DNA of 62,671 bases, the filler included, from Squatina squatina (lineage: Eukaryota), in assembly GCA_031763465.1 (NCBI GenBank). It is 4 parts of 4 records of this genome, joined end to end, with 100 filler letters (N's around TTAATTAATTAA, not from the genome) between each part and the next. Parts side by side here need not be neighbours in the genome. Positions count along the whole stretch, not along the records: positions 15,618 to 31,002 come from JARFOE010000013.1; positions 31,103 to 46,900 come from JARFOE010000046.1; 2 more parts are not named here. One strand, 5' to 3'. A program made the translations under genes and the position numbers. The notes below the pieces were generated by a model, which was given only the letters and a program-made list of their open reading frames with translations, ran no database searches and was not told where the DNA came from. Every line of letters starts with the position of its first letter. The first letter of the stretch is position 1. This document shows positions 27,045 to 38,389 of this stretch, piece by piece.

Positions 27045-27410
27045 TGACTTGAGCACACTTCAGTGCAATACTGAAGAGAATTCTGCATTGTCAGGTGTGA
27101 TCTTTCAGGCAGGATATTAAACCAAACTCCCACCTGCCTGTGCCTCTCGTTAGGTGGACATTAAAGACTATGGCACTGTTCAAAAAGCAGATGGTTCTTC
27201 AGTTGTTCTGGAAAGCCTTCCTTAACCAACACCACCAAAAATTGATTTGTTGTTTATCTCATTTACTGTTTGTGGGACGTAATTGTACAAATTGGTAGCC
27301 AGGTTTAGCTACCGAGCAACAAATGCTCTTCAACAGTAACTCGCTGATTCTGAAATGCTTCGGACACCCTGAGACTGTGATTGGGTGCTGTATAAGTGCA
27401 AGTTCTACCT
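27045..27410 (+). mobile_element. Deu-domain-type SINE (decayed)
   Basis: Shares blocks with 28860-29200 (cagtgcaatactga, tattaaac, ctgtttgtggg, aaattgg). Confidence 0.55.
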
Positions 27411-28589
27411 TTGTCAAATAATGATCAAAAAATATCTAGCAAAATGGAAACAATCTTTTGAGAAATCTATTAATTTGTTGTGCTTTTTTTTTGTCGCATT
27501 ATAGGGCCTGCTGCTTGGAATAACATACTTAAGAAAATCTTGATTTGAATTGAAAGCAGAGTAAACTAGAGTTAATCTTCAAATTTCTAAATGGAATTTA
27601 TTTTATAGTGATTTGGACTTTTCAAATATCACACTGTATGTACCTGGAATGGGCATAGAAGGTTGCCAGAATGTAATTAATGTGGAGTGAACATTTAATT
27701 ATGTTTGGAAATAGCAAACAGATATATCAAATAATTACTAGTGATTTATCAAAAATTAAACTAGTGAATGATTTAAAACTGCCGCCTCTGTTTTTCCCCC
27801 ACAAGACATCTGAACACTCTGCGCATTCTTAAAATCATGGAATGTGATTAAAATTTTTACAGATACATTTTGTCTATACAGTATTTACTTGCAGAGTTGG
27901 ATATAATGTCACCGGTACCTCAGCAGTGGTTTCACTGATATAGTTGAGGTCATTGAAATAATCATTATGGAAAGTTTGATGCAAACAAGACACAAAGAAA
28001 ACATGAACAACACTGAATTCTAGTAAAGTATCATTTGAATGTAAGTTTTTATACATAAACTGATGACACTTGGGAGAAGCTTTAGAAACTCACTCCACTC
28101 TGCCACCTACTGGGCAGAGCTTGTTTGCCTAGGCAGTTTCAATGTTAACATAAAAGCTGAGCAAAAACCATAACAGAAAGTGTATACACACATGATCTTT
28201 ACAAATATCATTTTTCTATGCCCATTCCAGGTAAATACAGTAGTAGTTGAAAAGTCCAAGTTGCTATAAAATAAATTCCATTTAGAAATTTGAAGACTAA
28301 CTCTAGTTTACTCTGCTTTCAATTCAAAATTCAGATCAAGATTTTCTTAAATATGTTATTCCAAGTAGCAGGCCTGATAATGCTACAAAAGCAGCATAAC
28401 AAGTTAATAGATTCCTCAACAGATTTTTTTCCATTTTGCTAGATATTTTTTAATCATTTGACTAAGATATAGCTTGCACTTATGCAGCACCCAATCACAG
28501 TCTCAGGCTGCCCGAAGCATTTCAGAATCAGCGCGTTACTATTGGAGAGCATTTGTTGCTCGGTAGCTAAACATGGCGACCAATTTGTA
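27286..28589. repeat. Local inverted duplication; arms 27286-27660 and 28214-28589
   Basis: Arms are reverse complements with scattered mismatches, e.g. gaattgaaagcagagtaaactagagtta vs taactctagtttactctgctttcaattc. Confidence 0.93.
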
Positions 28590-28857
28590 TTGGCATTACT
28601 GGAGTCAAGACCAGATGAAACCTTCAGGTGGCGTGGGGTTTAATTGGATCAGGATGTACAGACATAATTTCAGCCCTCATTTTCAGGTCATACATAGAAT
28701 CATACAGCATGCAAGAAGGCTGTTTGGCCCAGGGGTGGGAAAATTGTTGAGACAAGTTTGCATACACAGTTTAATTCTAAATGTGGATGTATGGAAAATT
28801 TGACAGTAACTGCAGCAGAGGTGAGATTTTTAGTATAGGGATAAATGCAGTACCAAT

Positions 28858-29200
28858 TTGGCTCATTGGTAGCACTTTTGCCTCTAAGACAGAAAGTCGT
28901 GGATTCAAGCCACATTCCAGGATTTGAGAACGCAATCTAGGCCGACAGGTCAGTGTAGTACTGAGCAAGCAATGCATTGACAGAAGTGCTGTCTCCCTGA
29001 TGTGATACTAAACTGAGGTAGTATCTGCTTATTCAGCTGTATGTAAAAGATCCCATGACACTAAAGCAGAAAGGAGAGTAGATCTGGCCAACATTTGTCT
29101 TTTAACTAAAACATCTGGTCATTTATATCATTGCTGTTTGTGGTAACTTGCTGTGTGCAAATAGGTTGCTGTGCTTGACTGCATTACAACAGTGACTATA
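28858..29200 (+). mobile_element. tRNA-derived Deu-domain-type SINE
   Basis: A-box-like ggctcattggtagc and B-box-like ggattcaagcc, then gtaaaagatcccatg...cattgctgtttgtgg..cttgctgtgtgcaaa...attacaacagtgacta. Confidence 0.7.
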
Positions 29201-29377
29201 GAGGACTGGACTAATCAGACATGAGTTCAAATCCCACTTTCAATTAACTTGAATTCAGTTAATTAAATAAATTTGGAATAAAATGTTAGTATCATAATAG
29301 TGACTATGAAGCTATCGGATTATCGTAAAAACCCAAATGCTTTACTAAAGAAAAAAATCTGCCATCCTTACCTGGTC

Positions 29378-29598
29378 TTAGGCAATCCCTCGAGGTCGAG
29401 GATGACTTGCTTCCACACCGGAGCTGTGGGTTCTAAGGTGACTAAGTAGTCCTATACGGGATCCGCAAACTCTACCACAGATGGGGTAGATGGTATTTGA
29501 TGGGGTGAGTGGATGAAATGCTTGGGTTTCCGCCCCTCCTTCCTGCGCTTGGCCTCCACGTGCTCCCGCCGGAGAAGCTCAAAGTGGTTGGTACCTTC
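29378..29598 (-). mobile_element. RTE-like LINE 3' end
   Basis: EGTNHFELLRREHVEAKRRKE, then a gtggaagcaagtcatcctcga...gggattgcctaa tail; the same tail starts at ~40700. Confidence 0.55.
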
Positions 29599-29877
29599 NN
29601 NNNNNNNNNNNNNNNNNNNNNNNNNNNNNNNNNNNNNNNNNNNNNNNNNNNNNNNNNNNNNNNNNNNNNNNNNNNNNNNNNNNNNNNNNNNNNNNNNNTG
29701 GGACTGATCTCTGCCTATTTTTACACTCTGTCTGCACCTGTTTCGAGAGCACAAGAGAGACTAAAAACAGCCCAGAGACATAATTTAAAAAAAAAATAGG
29801 AAACTTATCACAATATGCACTATCCCTGTCAGGGCAACTTCAATGAAGATTTCACCTTTTAAAAAAAAGACATTAAC

Positions 29878-29996
29878 CTGTGGTATTGACTTGTCTCCAA
29901 CAGCTTGTAGCTTCAGCTTCATAAGTGCCACTTTTGCAGCAGTTGCATTGTTCTTTGCTCCTTTTCTTCCTTTCTTCAGCGGGACTGCATTAGTGG
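29878..29996 (-). CDS. ZFAND1: AN1-type zinc finger protein 1 internal exon (acceptor position uncertain: 29996 or 29984)
   Basis: Encodes KKGRKGAKNNATAAKVALMKLKLQAVGDKSIPQ followed by donor |gttaat. Confidence 0.85.
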
Positions 29997-30639
29997 CTTT
30001 TGATTTAAAAAAAACAATTTCATTCAAGAAAGACAAAAAGCAATATCAACAATGGTTGAGCTAATAATTTTCCTGCCCATTCAAAACCAATAAGATTATG
30101 CTTGAGCAGATGCAACTTACTGTCACCTATCCTTGCAACAAATATATCATGTCCATACTGTGCAATTTAATAATAACTGCAAAGAGAAGAATCAAATAGG
30201 TTATGCAGGTGTTGATGTTTTGGGCTGCTGAGTATTACATGAAAGATTATCCTCAACTATCCATGCAGTGAATTGAGGATTGCAGCCAGGACAGATGAAG
30301 TGTTCCTCCAAAATGGTAGGAAAGTGTTAAACTGCACTTATGTCATGAACCTGCACTGATGTCATAAACCTACCAATAGCTGCTTTAGAAAAAGGCCTCA
30401 ACAAAAAAGGGTGCAACTGGCCTCACCCTTTGATCAGGGATCAGTGCACACAAACAATATCCAAATAATTTCCTGCTCTACTACAAGGAATGTACAATTT
30501 GCTATTGCATTTTTAATTTTAACTAAACTGACATATGCTTTCTGTGCATTTGTTTAGACGCTACATATTAATTTACTCATTGCCAGGTCACAATCAATAG
30601 AAAGGTTATGCTGCTTATGAAAGGTAATGCAGTACTTGC

Positions 30640-30731
30640 CAACAGTCTCTCTAACTACTTGCTGAGTGACAACCAAACGTGATTTAGGCACCTCTTGCTT
30701 TTCACAGTCATGATCTGATTGGTGTCGATGC
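30640..30731 (-). CDS. ZFAND1: AN1-type zinc finger protein 1 exon (92 bp) with GC donor
   Basis: tgtttcag|G CAT...GTT G|gcaagt; encodes HRHQSDHDCEKQEVPKSRLVVTQQVVRETV, completing the second AN1 finger. Confidence 0.88.
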
Positions 30732-30811
30732 CTGAAACAGAAATGTCAACATACTGAAGTGCAAATTTTAACCAACACCAGTATCAGAATTCAGCTTACA
30801 CAAATACTCAC

Positions 30812-30939
30812 CTCAGACAAAAGTGTTTCTCACAGTGCGAGCAAATTACTGGCAAGAGTTCTTTTACCTTACAGCTTTTGTATGTACAGTTGTAAGATGA
30901 GGGTCCTTCAGATTTCACTGGTTCTTTTCTTAAACATAC
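30812..30939 (-). CDS. ZFAND1: AN1-type zinc finger protein 1 exon (128 bp)
   Basis: tttcag|GTA...CTG AG|gtgagt; encodes VCLRKEPVKSEGPSSYNCTYKSCKVKELLPVICSHCEKHFCL(R); 80-bp intron to the next exon. Confidence 0.92.
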
Positions 30940-31002
30940 CTGAAATTTGAATTTCAGACTTTAAATATTTAGCTCCCTTACTTTGTAGCATTCTAAACAT
31001 AA

Positions 31003-31102
31003 NNNNNNNNNNNNNNNNNNNNNNNNNNNNNNNNNNNNNNNNNNNNTTAATTAATTAANNNNNNNNNNNNNNNNNNNNNNNNNNNNNNNNNNNNNNNNNN
31101 NN
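31003..31102. other. Artificial scaffold-concatenation spacer
   Basis: 44 N + TTAATTAATTAA + 44 N. Confidence 0.95.
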
Positions 31103-31479
31103 CGGATGGAAGCGCTGACCCGCCCAGAAGCGGGAGACTGCCCCACCTCGCTGTCGAGGCCCACGCGCTCAGAGTGGCCAAAAACCATGCCCCAGCAGGA
31201 GGCAGCGATTTCAGGAGAGGAGCGGAGAAAACTGGGGAGGATAGAATCACACTGCACAGAAGGAGGCCGTTGGGCCCGTCGTGCCTGTGCCGGCTCTTTG
31301 AGAGTGATATCCAAATCAGTCCCTTTCCCCCGAGCCTTGCAAATTTTTCCTTCTCAAGAATCTATCCAACAGTCAAATGAAAATTACTATTGAATTTGTT
31401 TCAATCATCCTTTCAGGCAGTGAATTCCAGATAACCGCATACCTGCATGTATCTCATACATAGTGTATTTTTTTCTCAG

Positions 31480-31720
31480 TGAGGAATATAAGAAAGTTTA
31501 CCCGAAACGAGACCTGAAGGCCTTTTCAGTCCGGCCGCTGCTGGTGTTTCCCACTCACTACACCGGAGATCCCGATTGGCTCAGTGACACCGAAACCTCC
31601 ACCATCTGGGACGATGACTCGATGAAGACGGATTGGAGTGGCTCTCAAAAGACGGTTAAGGACTCGCAGACGGGAGCCTCGCGTCAGTCCTTTGGGTCAG
31701 CCTCAAGGGATGAACTGTAA
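31480..31720 (+). CDS. CERCAM: GT25-family CERCAM (COLGALT paralogue), terminal coding exon with RDEL
   Basis: ttttctcag|T GAG...; encodes RDLKAFSVRPLLVFPTHYTGDPDWLSDTETSTIWDDD...WSGSQKT...RDEL*. WLSDTET, WSGSQKT and the neighbouring genes favour CERCAM over COLGALT1/2. Confidence 0.85.
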
Positions 31721-32189
31721 TTCTCAGCAGGTCAGTGTAAGCTCAAGAAAAAGATAAACATGATTCCTTTCCATAGCCTCTCAGAGAGGGGGAAAAACAA
31801 CCTTGGAACTGCGTATGAACGTCGAAACTACTCCCCACCCACCCACCTCTCCCCCTCCCAAAACTGCCGTGATGTTAANNNNNNNNNNNNNNNNNNNNNN
31901 NNNNNNNNNNNNNNNNNNNNNNNNNNNNNNNNNNNNNNNNNNNNNNNNNNNNNNNNNNNNNNNNNNNNNNNNNNNNNNGTTGTGCTCCTTGATTTACACC
32001 CTCAATTAATTAAATGCTTAGGTTACAATTGCTGCTTCTAATTCTTCTTTTGTCACCTGTCTAAGTTAAAAATCCCTGAGATTTTTATGTATTACTTAAA
32101 TTAAAACTTGAATGTTTTTTGTCATAAAAGGCTTGATATATTTCTTGCTTGAAGGAGACAACTAAATTGCCTTTATTTTCAATAAACCA

Positions 32190-33143
32190 GCTGCTGTAAA
32201 GGAGGAGGTAGTAGGGAAATTGGATAGAATAAAATGGATAAGGAGGAGGTACTTAAAAGGTTGGCAGCGCTCAAAGCAGAAGACACAGGATGGCATGTGT
32301 CCTAGGTTGCTGATGGAAGTAAAGGCGGGAATTGCAGAGGCCCTGACCCCAATCTTCCAATTCTCCTTAGATATGGGAGTGGTGCCAGAGGACTGGAGGA
32401 TTGCAAAAGTTACAGCCCTGTTTAAAAAAGAGAGAAGGGCAAACCCAGCAACCACAGGCCAGTCGGTCGAGCAGTGCTAGGAAAGGTTTTAAAGACAATA
32501 ATCCGGGACAAAATTAATTGGAATGAAGAAAGTCAGCACAGATTTGTTAAAGGTAGATTGCGTTTGTGTTTGATGTGTATATGGATTTGCAAAAGGCGTT
32601 TGGCAAGGTACCACATAACAGACTTGTTAGTAAAATTAAAACCCATGGGATTAAAGCATGGATACAAAATTGCCTGAGAGACAGAAAGCAGAGAGTTGTG
32701 ATGAATGGCTGTATTCAGACTGGAGGCGAGTGTACAGTGCTGTTCCCCAGGCGTCAGTATTGGGTCCACTACTCTTTTTGATATATATTAATGAACTGGA
32801 CTTGGGTATACAGGGCACAATTTTAAAGTTTGCAGATGATATGAAACTCAGAAATGTAGTAAACAATGAGACGGAAAGTAATAGATTTCAGGACGACATA
32901 GATAGATTGATGAAATGGACAGTCTCATGGCAGATGAAATTTAACGCAGAGAAGTGTGAAGTGATATATTTTGAAAGGAAGAACAAGAAGAGGAAATATG
33001 AACTAAATGGTACAATTTTCAAGCGAGTGCAGGAACACAGAGAGCTTTGGGTATATGTACACAAATCTTTGAAGGTAGCAGGGTGAGTTGAGAAGTCTGT
33101 TATAAAAGGATATGGGATCCTTGACTTTATTAGTGGAGACATA
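32190..33143 (+). mobile_element. CR1-type LINE RT region (frameshifted)
   Basis: GVVPEDWRIAKVTALFKK, YMDLQKAFGKVPH, VPQASVLGPLLFLIYINEL, KFADD, WQMKFNAEKCEV. Confidence 0.93.
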
Positions 33144-33800
33144 GGGGGTGAAATTGCCCCGCGCCCCGATTGGAGGTAGTAACCTTCCTGGGCCGGGACT
33201 TGTAGCGCCCGGCGTGGATGTCCCATCCGACACAGAATTGCCCTTACCGCCCCTGATTGAAAGTGGAGCACTTTGGGGGCAGTATCAGGGTGCTGAATTA
33301 AAGGGGAGGAGTCTGCACGGCCTTCGATGGCAGCCACTGGGCCACCAGGATACTGTGCGACCGGGCCAGCAGCCCGGCAGCCAAGGCCGCGTGCCAGCCT
33401 GCACGATGGCATCCCGGGGCCACCATCGATCGGCCGACCCAAGAGTTGGCCAACAAAAAAGATGGCAGACAGGGGCACAAAGGCCCTCCCCTTTAAGGGG
33501 CAGTGTGGGTGCCAATGTTCGGCAGCGAAGCTGTTGGTGCCATTGCCGGCCTTGCATCCTGTGGGGCGATTTCTCCTGCGTGGCGCAAAGTAGTGGTGAG
33601 AGGTTGGTGTGCGCAACAATGACAGCATCGCACTGGCCTGGGGCGCTAATCGTGGGGCACAACGCTAAGAGCCTACCATTCCACGACCTCCTGGGCAATT
33701 TCCCGGGAGGCGATCACGCCCCCGACGAAAATATGTTAATGTCCTGTTAGCGACTCACAGAGGCGCTAACAGAGCTATAAAAAGGCCCAATCTCAGCCCC
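33144..33800. mobile_element. GC-rich non-autonomous DNA element with imperfect Harbinger-like TIRs
   Basis: Left end GGGGGTGAAATTG; right end CAATCTCAGCCCC (reverse complement GGGGCTGAGATTG); abrupt GC shift at both ends; similar termini at 34221 and 53836. Confidence 0.65.
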
Positions 33801-34220
33801 TTGGAGTTTCAAAAAGGCCTTTGATAATTTACCACATAGTAGACTCATGACTCTGGTAAGAGAATGTGGAATCAGTGAACTAGTAGCAGGATGGATAACA
33901 ATCTTGCTACAAAACAAAAAAAGAGTACAGGTTAAAGGTATACTGGCTGAAGCCACAAGGATTGGTGCTAGGAGCACTGCTGTTTACCATTTATATAAAC
34001 AATTGCGGCTTGGAAGTTGGAAGTACAATTTCAAAATTTGCAGATGACCACCAAATTAGGGGTATAGTTAATACTGATGAAGACTGCAATAAAATACATG
34101 ATGACATTAATAAACTTGCAGAATGGGCATGTAAATGGCAAATGAATTCCAATACAGATAAGTGTGAGGTGGCTCATTTTGGTAGGAGTAATAAAGATGC
34201 CACGTATGCCTTGGTAAATA
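33801..34220 (+). mobile_element. Second CR1-type LINE RT fragment
   Basis: VLGALLFTIYIN...ISKFADD...WQMNSNTDKCEVAHFGR. Confidence 0.88.
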
Positions 34221-34767
34221 AGGGGCTGAAATTCCCTTTTTTTTNNNNNNNNNNNNNNNNNNNNNNNNNNNNNNNNNNNNNNNNNNNNNNNNNNNNNNNN
34301 NNNNNNNNNNNNNNNNNNNNNNNNNNNNNNNNNNNNNNNNNNNNCTGGCTTCATGGAGAACCAGTGTTTCTGGAGCTTTCCCCTCCATCAGGCAGAGAAT
34401 GGAGAGACAGTCCCACTTTCTTACCTTCGCACTACTGCTCAATGTGACTGATCTATTCTAAGCCACTTCACTGAATACATGACCTTTCTCTCACTGTATT
34501 TGGGAAGGACACTTCCCTCTCTCCCCAGACTGTGTAATGGGGCAGATCAGATGTCCATTGGAGAGAGTTCCTTCTCAACTCCACGATCCGTTTGAGGGTA
34601 ATCCTTTCAGTCTCTCGAATAAAACTGAATAGGTGCCCATAGTATGATGCTTCCAGCAGTCTTAGTCGCGGAAAATATTGCACATTTATTTGTAACACTG
34701 ACTTTTTTCTTTATATAAAGTTTTGATGAGTCCAGCAAAAGCAGGGAGCAGGTCCAGCTCGGAGGAG

Positions 34768-34943
34768 CTAGAAGATACTTTTTGTAATCTTCAGTCCCTT
34801 TTGTTTCATTCTGGGGAGAGTCGAGCTTGAAACATGTTTTGTTTTTCCTGCTTTTGAGTGTCCCCTTTTCTTTAGCATAAAGTCATAGTTGACAGACGAG
34901 TTCATGGCATAAAATACGTTGGCGTTGTCAGGAATTTTCAGTT
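34768..34943 (-). CDS. RALGDS: Ral guanine nucleotide dissociation stimulator, terminal coding exon
   Basis: ttacag|AA CTG...TTC TAG; encodes [57 protein letters not shown]. Confidence 0.95.
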
Positions 34944-35143
34944 CTGTAATAGAAAGAAAAATTTAATGGGTTGAATTCTCTTTTATTTTAATAATATCGG
35001 GATACTAAGAGAGGGGGTGACATCCATCCTGTCACCTGGGGCTAGATTTGAATCAAGGTCCCAAAGCAGGGAAGGGCAGCGTTACTAACCCATACTGGAC
35101 CACTCAGTCCTCTATGCCCCACATGCTTATGCCACATACGTAC

Positions 35144-35258
35144 CCCTGTCCTCAGCGATGATCTGCACCAGCTCGTACTCCTCAGGCCTGTCCCCGTCTA
35201 AATTGTGTTTGGCCATAGCCTTTCGAATGACAACGGGTGTCTTATCCTGGCTCGTCAC
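35144..35258 (-). CDS. RALGDS: RALGDS Ras-association domain exon (115 bp)
   Basis: ttccag|GTG...AGG G|gtacgt; encodes [38 protein letters not shown]. Confidence 0.94.
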
Positions 35259-35469
35259 CTGGAACAGAGAGTGTTAACCCTGTAAAGCACCAGCTGTGGA
35301 ACTTCTTGTGCTAACAAGCTACATTACTGTTCATTCAGCAGATGAGAATACATAAAGAGTCCGGGGTCCATGGTTTTCTCATCTTCCCTTCTCTTTTTTT
35401 AAAATCCACCTACAAATTTTCTCCACCCCCCCAACCTCGCCATAAGACACCAACTCATGTTAATGGGTA

Positions 35470-35770
35470 CAATTCCATGGGGGCTGGCACCTCACCCCCG
35501 TGGCCTCTTGTTGATGCTCATGCCTAGTTGATCATGGAGAGCATCACAGCCAAGCCCACTTCTGTCCTTGTGCAAAGGTCACACTTGTTCATCAGGGCAG
35601 CGGTGAAGATGTGAATCATTGGCTAATTTCCCTCTCCGTGGTGTAGGAAAGGGGGGGGGGAAGGCCAACTGTAGAATCCCAACCACTGCACCATTGAGGT
35701 CAACCAGGTCAACCGGCCTGGCCATGGGATGTGAGACCATCCTGGTCTGTAGGGTTCAGTAAGACACGGG
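35470..35770 (-). mobile_element. LF-SINE-like relic (related copies ~37830-38140 and ~46500-46800)
   Basis: Copies share gcatc.cag..gagcc....ct.tcct, caa.tgtag and ggtctgtagg blocks, resembling reverse-complement LF-SINE as I recall it. Confidence 0.45.
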
Positions 35771-36085
35771 GTGGTTCAACTGAACCACGAGGGAAGATTT
35801 CCTCCNNNNNNNNNNNNNNNNNNNNNNNNNNNNNNNNNNNNNNNNNNNNNNNNNNNNNNNNNNNNNNNNNNNNNNNNNNNNNNNNNNNNNNNNNNNNNNN
35901 NNNNNGAGATGTCCTGAGGTTGTGAAAGGCACTATAGAAATGCACGTCTTTCTTTTTTATATTCGACGTATCGGCTCTTGGATGAGGTACCAATTACTGC
36001 CAATTATGATGGAACTGTGCCCCAGCAAGAGTCAGTGTTACGTTTGGGTGGTGGGTGGTGGGGGGCGGGGTGGGGGAAGACCTAC

Positions 36086-36279
36086 CATCCTGATCAGGTT
36101 CCGGCTCTTTGTGCCTTTGGAATGTGCCAAGGAGGATATGGGCGCGACGTTGCAGATCCGAACCCGGAAACATCTGATGGATGTAGGCGTATAGATGTTT
36201 CAGGCAGGAGTAATCTGGCGGCTTCCTGAAATCTTCGGAATACTGATCGAGCCAGGCGCCAAGGATCGATGAAATGGTG
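36086..36279 (-). CDS. RALGDS: RALGDS REM (RasGEF-N) domain exon (194 bp)
   Basis: tctttcag|C ACC...GAT G|gtaggt; encodes TISSILGAWLDQYSEDFRKPPDYSCLKHLYAYIHQMFPGSDLQRRAHILL. Confidence 0.9.
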
Positions 36280-36637
36280 CTGAAAGAAGAGGAGAGACAT
36301 GTCTCTGCAACAAACAATAGATGGTTTCTGTCAGTCCCCTAAAGGGCTGGTCGCTATGGCTCCAGTTTATGGGTGGCCAAGAAGAGACCGTACAGGACAC
36401 ATGGACATAAGAAAGCATGGAGGGAGGAAGCCCATTTGGTTCATCAAGCCCTTTCCTTTCACAGAGCAGCAACTATCCACTCTATTATGGAATCTACGTT
36501 AATAAATCTCCAGAGGAAGCTTTTGTAGTGCTTCTTTCTCCACCAAAGATAAACAAAGCCCAATCTTCAGAACATCTGTTTATTGTTACATGCAGCATTA
36601 CTCATCCTGATGTACAGGTGACAAAGATTTTCACTGA

Positions 36638-36683
36638 GAATAGAGTTCTCTGTGGTGGCAGAATAGAGTTCTCTGTGGTGGCA
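36638..36683. repeat. Perfect 23-bp tandem duplication
   Basis: gaatagagttctctgtggtggca twice. Confidence 0.95.
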
Positions 36684-38213
36684 AAACAGAGATTCCTATC
36701 AGGTTAATATAAAGACCTGATGGGGAAAAATCCTGNNNNNNNNNNNNNNNNNNNNNNNNNNNNNNNNNNNNNNNNNNNNNNNNNNNNNNNNNNNNNNNNN
36801 NNNNNNNNNNNNNNNNNNNNNNNNNNNNNNNNNNNATCCAACAAGGCCTAATATTTAATGGGGTATTTAACAGCGATATTACTGCAGAAAAGCCCAGGTT
36901 TTTGTCAGTTTCACTGGTTTCACTCATTACACTGATTACCGGCTATGGGATGGGGGCATGGGGGACACACGGAGGCACAGCGCAGCCAGTGTTGGAGCAA
37001 TGAATTACTGACCGCAAAATCAGGATTTCCGTGTTCAATTGCGCATGCTCTAACTCCTGAAGTTGCGGTCAATTTCAAAAGGGTAATAACAACAACCACT
37101 GTTAGTTCACCGTTATTACCCACCGCAAATTCCAGCCCAAGGTGTTTATCCCACTACTTCTGGAGACTGGGAATCAGGGAACAAAATAGCATGTGAGGTG
37201 GTGTTTACTACTTATAAGAACACCAGTGGCAAAGCTAGGTAAACGACTGCCTGCTGGCACCATTTCTCTTTGGGCCACTCTTTTGTTCTGGCACTGGGTG
37301 GGCAAAGGCAGTAAGTTCGACTGGAGATTTTTAAACCTGGTGATGGGTTTCTGTTTGTCATGTGTGTCAGACACCCAGCTGACCAGACAATATTCGTAGT
37401 CTCGACTGCATTTATCTCACTTGGGTGAAAGTGGCTGAAGCAGTTGCACCAGCGACTTTGAAATCAGGACGAGCAGAGAAAATTTAAATGCCCAGTTGGC
37501 ATGTGTTTTGCAGTGTCAGATTTTTGTTCTGTATTTTTGTCTGTGACCTTTGACAGAGGAGCTTAATTCACAGCTGCAGTGCCGAAATCTTCAGGAATTG
37601 TTTATTCCCAAAGTATCAGTAACCGATTAACAAAGCTGGTGCTCAGTTTGATATCTTCTATTTAAAATTAACAAAAGAGAAGCAAAACAAGGTCTGCGAG
37701 CCAATAATCAGGAAACTGTTGCTGGGGNNNNNNNNNNNNNNNNNNNNNNNNNNNNNNNNNNNNNNNNNNNNNNNNNNNNNNNNNNNNNNNNNNNNNNNNN
37801 NNNNNNNNNNNNNNNNNNNNNNNNNNNACTGATCATTTTCTGGGTATGAGGTTAGACCATGTGTGTCGACAGGCTAGTTGACTGTGGGTGGCATCTCAGA
37901 TGAGCCCAATCCTATCCTCACCAGACGTCAACAAGTATGTTCCAGCAAGTGTCATTAAATAATAAGGAACGAACCTGTTGTCAATTATTTTCTTCCCCTA
38001 ACCCAGGGACATTGGGATTAATTGTAGCTTCCCTATTGTAAGTCTGATTGTGATCAAACCAGGAATCAAACAGGCGATCTTGCAGGTCTGTAGGACCTAA
38101 TATAACGCTAGGTGGTGCATTCACTGACTGAGACATGGGGCAGGGGGGCTGATGGGGATGCTAACTGGACCTTTCAGTTTATATAGACTTTTGAAATAGC
38201 ACTGATACTGTAC

Positions 38214-38389
38214 CAGCTCTGACATGGAGTACATCCATCTTAATGCGTTTTGCTCTGGGCTCGTGCAGGTGATTTTGCAGCTCTAACTCCGCTTTAAACT
38301 CTTTCTTCTTGATTACAGTGATATTGTTGGCATTTTCCATGGATTTATCATACCAATCCTCTAAGTGTTCAAAAAAATTCAAGCGAATC
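38214..38389 (-). CDS. CCDC180: Probable coiled-coil domain-containing 180 internal exon (176 bp)
   Basis: ttatatag|G ATT...GCT G|gtacag; encodes IRLNFFEHLEDWYDKSMENANNITVIKKKEFKAELELQNHLHEPRAKRIKMDVLHVRA; FFEHLE.W and HLH.PRA..I..D...VRA recalled from CCDC180. Confidence 0.7.

Noticed and set aside
28858-28930. tRNA gene
   Set aside because: The A/B-box-like head continues into a SINE body and no cloverleaf is evident.
32888-33750. Overlapping 246-aa and 200-aa ORFs
   Set aside because: Open only because of the GC-rich TIR element and antisense CR1; no protein-like motifs.
35258-36086. RALGDS lacking its catalytic CDC25 domain
   Set aside because: An unsized 100-N gap lies between the exons; missing data is the simpler explanation.
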